Assembly: GCA_963702845.1 (NCBI GenBank)
Contig: OY969763.1
Location: 3,392,001 to 3,456,000 of the forward strand
Reading direction: 5' to 3'
Origin: an uncultured Verrucomicrobiae bacterium
GTDB lineage: Bacteria > Verrucomicrobiota > Verrucomicrobiia > Limisphaerales > Palsa-1400
DNA length: 64,000 nt
Shown: positions 62,047 through 64,000 of the stretch, piece after piece
Numbering within the stretch: the first letter of the stretch is position 1
Layout: every line of letters starts with the position of its first letter
Made by a program: the position numbers and the translations under genes
The notes under the pieces: model-generated
Seen by the model: the letters and a program-made list of their open reading frames with translations, nothing else
The model's database searches: none
What the model was told of the DNA's origin: nothing

Positions 62047-62684
62047 GGTTTAGCGGCTGGAGCTTTGGAGTTGAAGTCGAACTGCACTTTGGGCGCGGTT
62101 TCAGCGCCGGGCGTGGCGGTAAAATATGGCTTTTCTTTAAAACCCATCGCTCCGGCGTAAAGCAGGGTCGGAAACGATTTCAGGCGCGTATCGTACGATT
62201 GAACGGCGTCGTTAAAATCCCGACGAGCGACCGCGATGCGATTTTCAGTGCCTTCGAGCTGCGCCTGAAGGTCACGGAAATTCGCATTGGCCTTTAGGTC
62301 CGGATAGCGTTCGACGACGACGAGCAACCGCGACAATGCCGACGAGAGTTGCCCCTGAGCTTTGTCGAATTGAGCGAGCGTATTGGCATCGGCAGGCGCG
62401 ACGTTTGGGTTGATGTTCACCTTACCCACAGACGCGCGCGCTTCGGTGATATCGGTCAAAGTCGATTTTTCGAAGTTCGCGGCACCGGAAACCGTGTTCA
62501 CAAGATTGGGGACGAGATCAGCGCGGCGTTGGTAGTCGTTTTGAACCTGCGCCCATTTGCTGTTCACGTTTTGGTTGTCGACATTGAGACGGTTGTAGCC
62601 GCCGATGCCAGTTACCGCGACAATGATGACAAAGAAAATGAAAATGGCGATGAGCCCACCGACGACGATCAAAAGTTTCTTCAT
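62043..62684 (-). CDS. lemA: LemA family protein
   Basis: YQRRADLVPNLV, VERYPDLKANANF..LQAQLEGTENRIAVAR. Confidence 0.93.
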   Translation of the reverse strand: MKKLLIVVGGLIAIFIFFVIIVAVTGIGGYNRLNVDNQNVNSKWAQVQNDYQRRADLVPNLVNTVSGAANFEKSTLTDITEARASVGKVNINPNVAPADANTLAQFDKAQGQLSSALSRLLVVVERYPDLKANANFRDLQAQLEGTENRIAVARRDFNDAVQSYDTRLKSFPTLLYAGAMGFKEKPYFTATPGAETAPKVQFDFNSKAPAAKP

Positions 62685-62925
62685 AATTCGTTATTCGTTC
62701 AACAACGGTTTACGCCACCTCACAGTATCGCACAATTACAATAGCGGGCGACGTTTGTAGAACCGGCAAAAGGAGAGTTCGCAACACATTCTGCACACAA
62801 GATGCTGATTTTGAGCAGCAACGATGACTGAGCGCACTTGGCGCAGTTCTAGCTACAGCTCATAATTAAGATATTTGATAAAAACTTAAACGATCGGAGC
62901 CACTGTGCAAACCGAAGAAATTTCA

Positions 62926-64000
62926 ATGAACCGCGCCGGGTTGGAACTACCTCGCGCGCATAAAATATTTTTTGTCGAAGACGACAAAGAAATAGTCGCC
63001 ATCTACAAAGAATCGCTCGAGCAACAGGGATTTGTTGTCGAGTCGGCGGAGGACGGATTGCAGGCCATCAAGATGGTTCGACTGGTTCAGCCCGATGTCA
63101 TCGTTCTGGATTTGCTCATGCCGAAGTTAAACGGCGTTGACGTGGTCAAATATGTGCGAAACCACGCGGAAACCGCGAAAATTCCTATCGTCATTCTTTC
63201 GAACGCATTCATGAGTGACCTGGTGCAGCGCGCAGCGGATGCGGGCGCGAACATCGGTTTACTCAAATCGAATTGCACCCCGAATAAATTGATTGGCGTA
63301 ATCAACAACGTTCTCGCGGGAGACGAGTTTGATACAAAGCACATGTCGCTGCTGGCGGCGCCGTTGCGAGATAAACGCGATGCTTCCACGGCCTTCACTC
63401 CCCCGGCAGCACCTGAAATACCACAATCACAGCCTCGGAACCTATCTGACATTCCACAGGAGCGGCCCAGTGCCGGTGGAACACAAATGCGGCATGCGTT
63501 CACCGTGACCGAGGCGCGCACCATTACGGAAATGCGCGCGCTGTGGCAAAATGTTTTACTGCACGACGGAGTGGCTGCACAGAAGCTCGCCATGAATGAG
63601 ATTTGGACGAAGCTGCGTACGGTCAATGCCAGCGCGACGGCAGCTGGGTGTGTGTATATCGCTCGATTTACGGGCGCCGTGGAAAGCCTCTTGCGCGATC
63701 TCAACTCGGATCCTGAGAGCATCAATTATTCACGGATGTTGACCGTCGCCGAAGGCATCGACTTTCTCAAACATCTCTTTAACGCAACCGGTGGTGTCAA
63801 TTTCGGCAGCCCCAACCCGAGTAGCGTGTTGTTAATCGATCCCGATATTGAATTCGCTTTCACACTAGAAAGAGCGTTTGCGAACTTCAACTTGCGTCTT
63901 ATCCAGGCGACAGATTCGGCAACCGCTTCATTGCTGTTGGAACGAGATACGTTCGATTTGATGCTCGTGGAGAGCGATCTTCCGGACGTCTCTGGATTCA
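62926..64000 (+). CDS. Multi-domain response regulator (REC, helical HPt-like middle, second REC), truncated at the window end
   Basis: My translation: KIFFVEDD...PDVIVLDLLMPKLNG...IPIVILS; open frame to the edge ending FDLMLVESDLPDVSGF. Confidence 0.85.
   Translation, partial: MNRAGLELPRAHKIFFVEDDKEIVAIYKESLEQQGFVVESAEDGLQAIKMVRLVQPDVIVLDLLMPKLNGVDVVKYVRNHAETAKIPIVILSNAFMSDLVQRAADAGANIGLLKSNCTPNKLIGVINNVLAGDEFDTKHMSLLAAPLRDKRDASTAFTPPAAPEIPQSQPRNLSDIPQERPSAGGTQMRHAFTVTEARTITEMRALWQNVLLHDGVAAQKLAMNEIWTKLRTVNASATAAGCVYIARFTGAVESLLRDLNSDPESINYSRMLTVAEGIDFLKHLFNATGGVNFGSPNPSSVLLIDPDIEFAFTLERAFANFNLRLIQATDSATASLLLERDTFDLMLVESDLPDVSGF

Noticed and set aside
63087..63725. 212-aa minus-strand ORF
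   Set aside because: Shadow of the plus-strand response regulator, which the track missed because it has no stop in the window

Overview
A 64-kb bacterial chromosomal window, most likely from a Verrucomicrobiota (Pedosphaera-like) genome. The assignment rests on DUF1559/H-X9-DG prepilin-like genes, an ECF sigma factor with a C-terminal extension, a PUR-domain protein and characteristic C-terminal tails. The centrepiece is a 22.5-kb co-oriented minus-strand cluster (17098-39550). It encodes 10 c-type cytochromes carrying 70 counted CxxCH/CxxxCH motifs, an outer-membrane beta-barrel, two NHL propellers, an NrfJ-like protein and hemA. By my recognition it combines ImcH-like, two CbcL-like and CbcSTU-like quinol modules, a porin-cytochrome conduit and an OmcE-like tetraheme candidate nanowire subunit. 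Its NrfD subunit carries an inserted cyclic-nucleotide-binding domain. The window also holds an ECF/pseudopilin/serine-hydrolase module, a large SEL1-repeat protein, glnB-glnA, an orphan dnaA with DnaA boxes, an AAA+/S8 (IetAS-type) pair, purM, cysIH, exeAB-like genes, lemA/TPM genes, two histidine kinases and REP-like repeats. Many single-base frameshifts, including in glnA and purM, are probably sequencing errors. No rRNA, tRNA or CRISPR array was seen. All homology calls come from motif recognition, not database searches.
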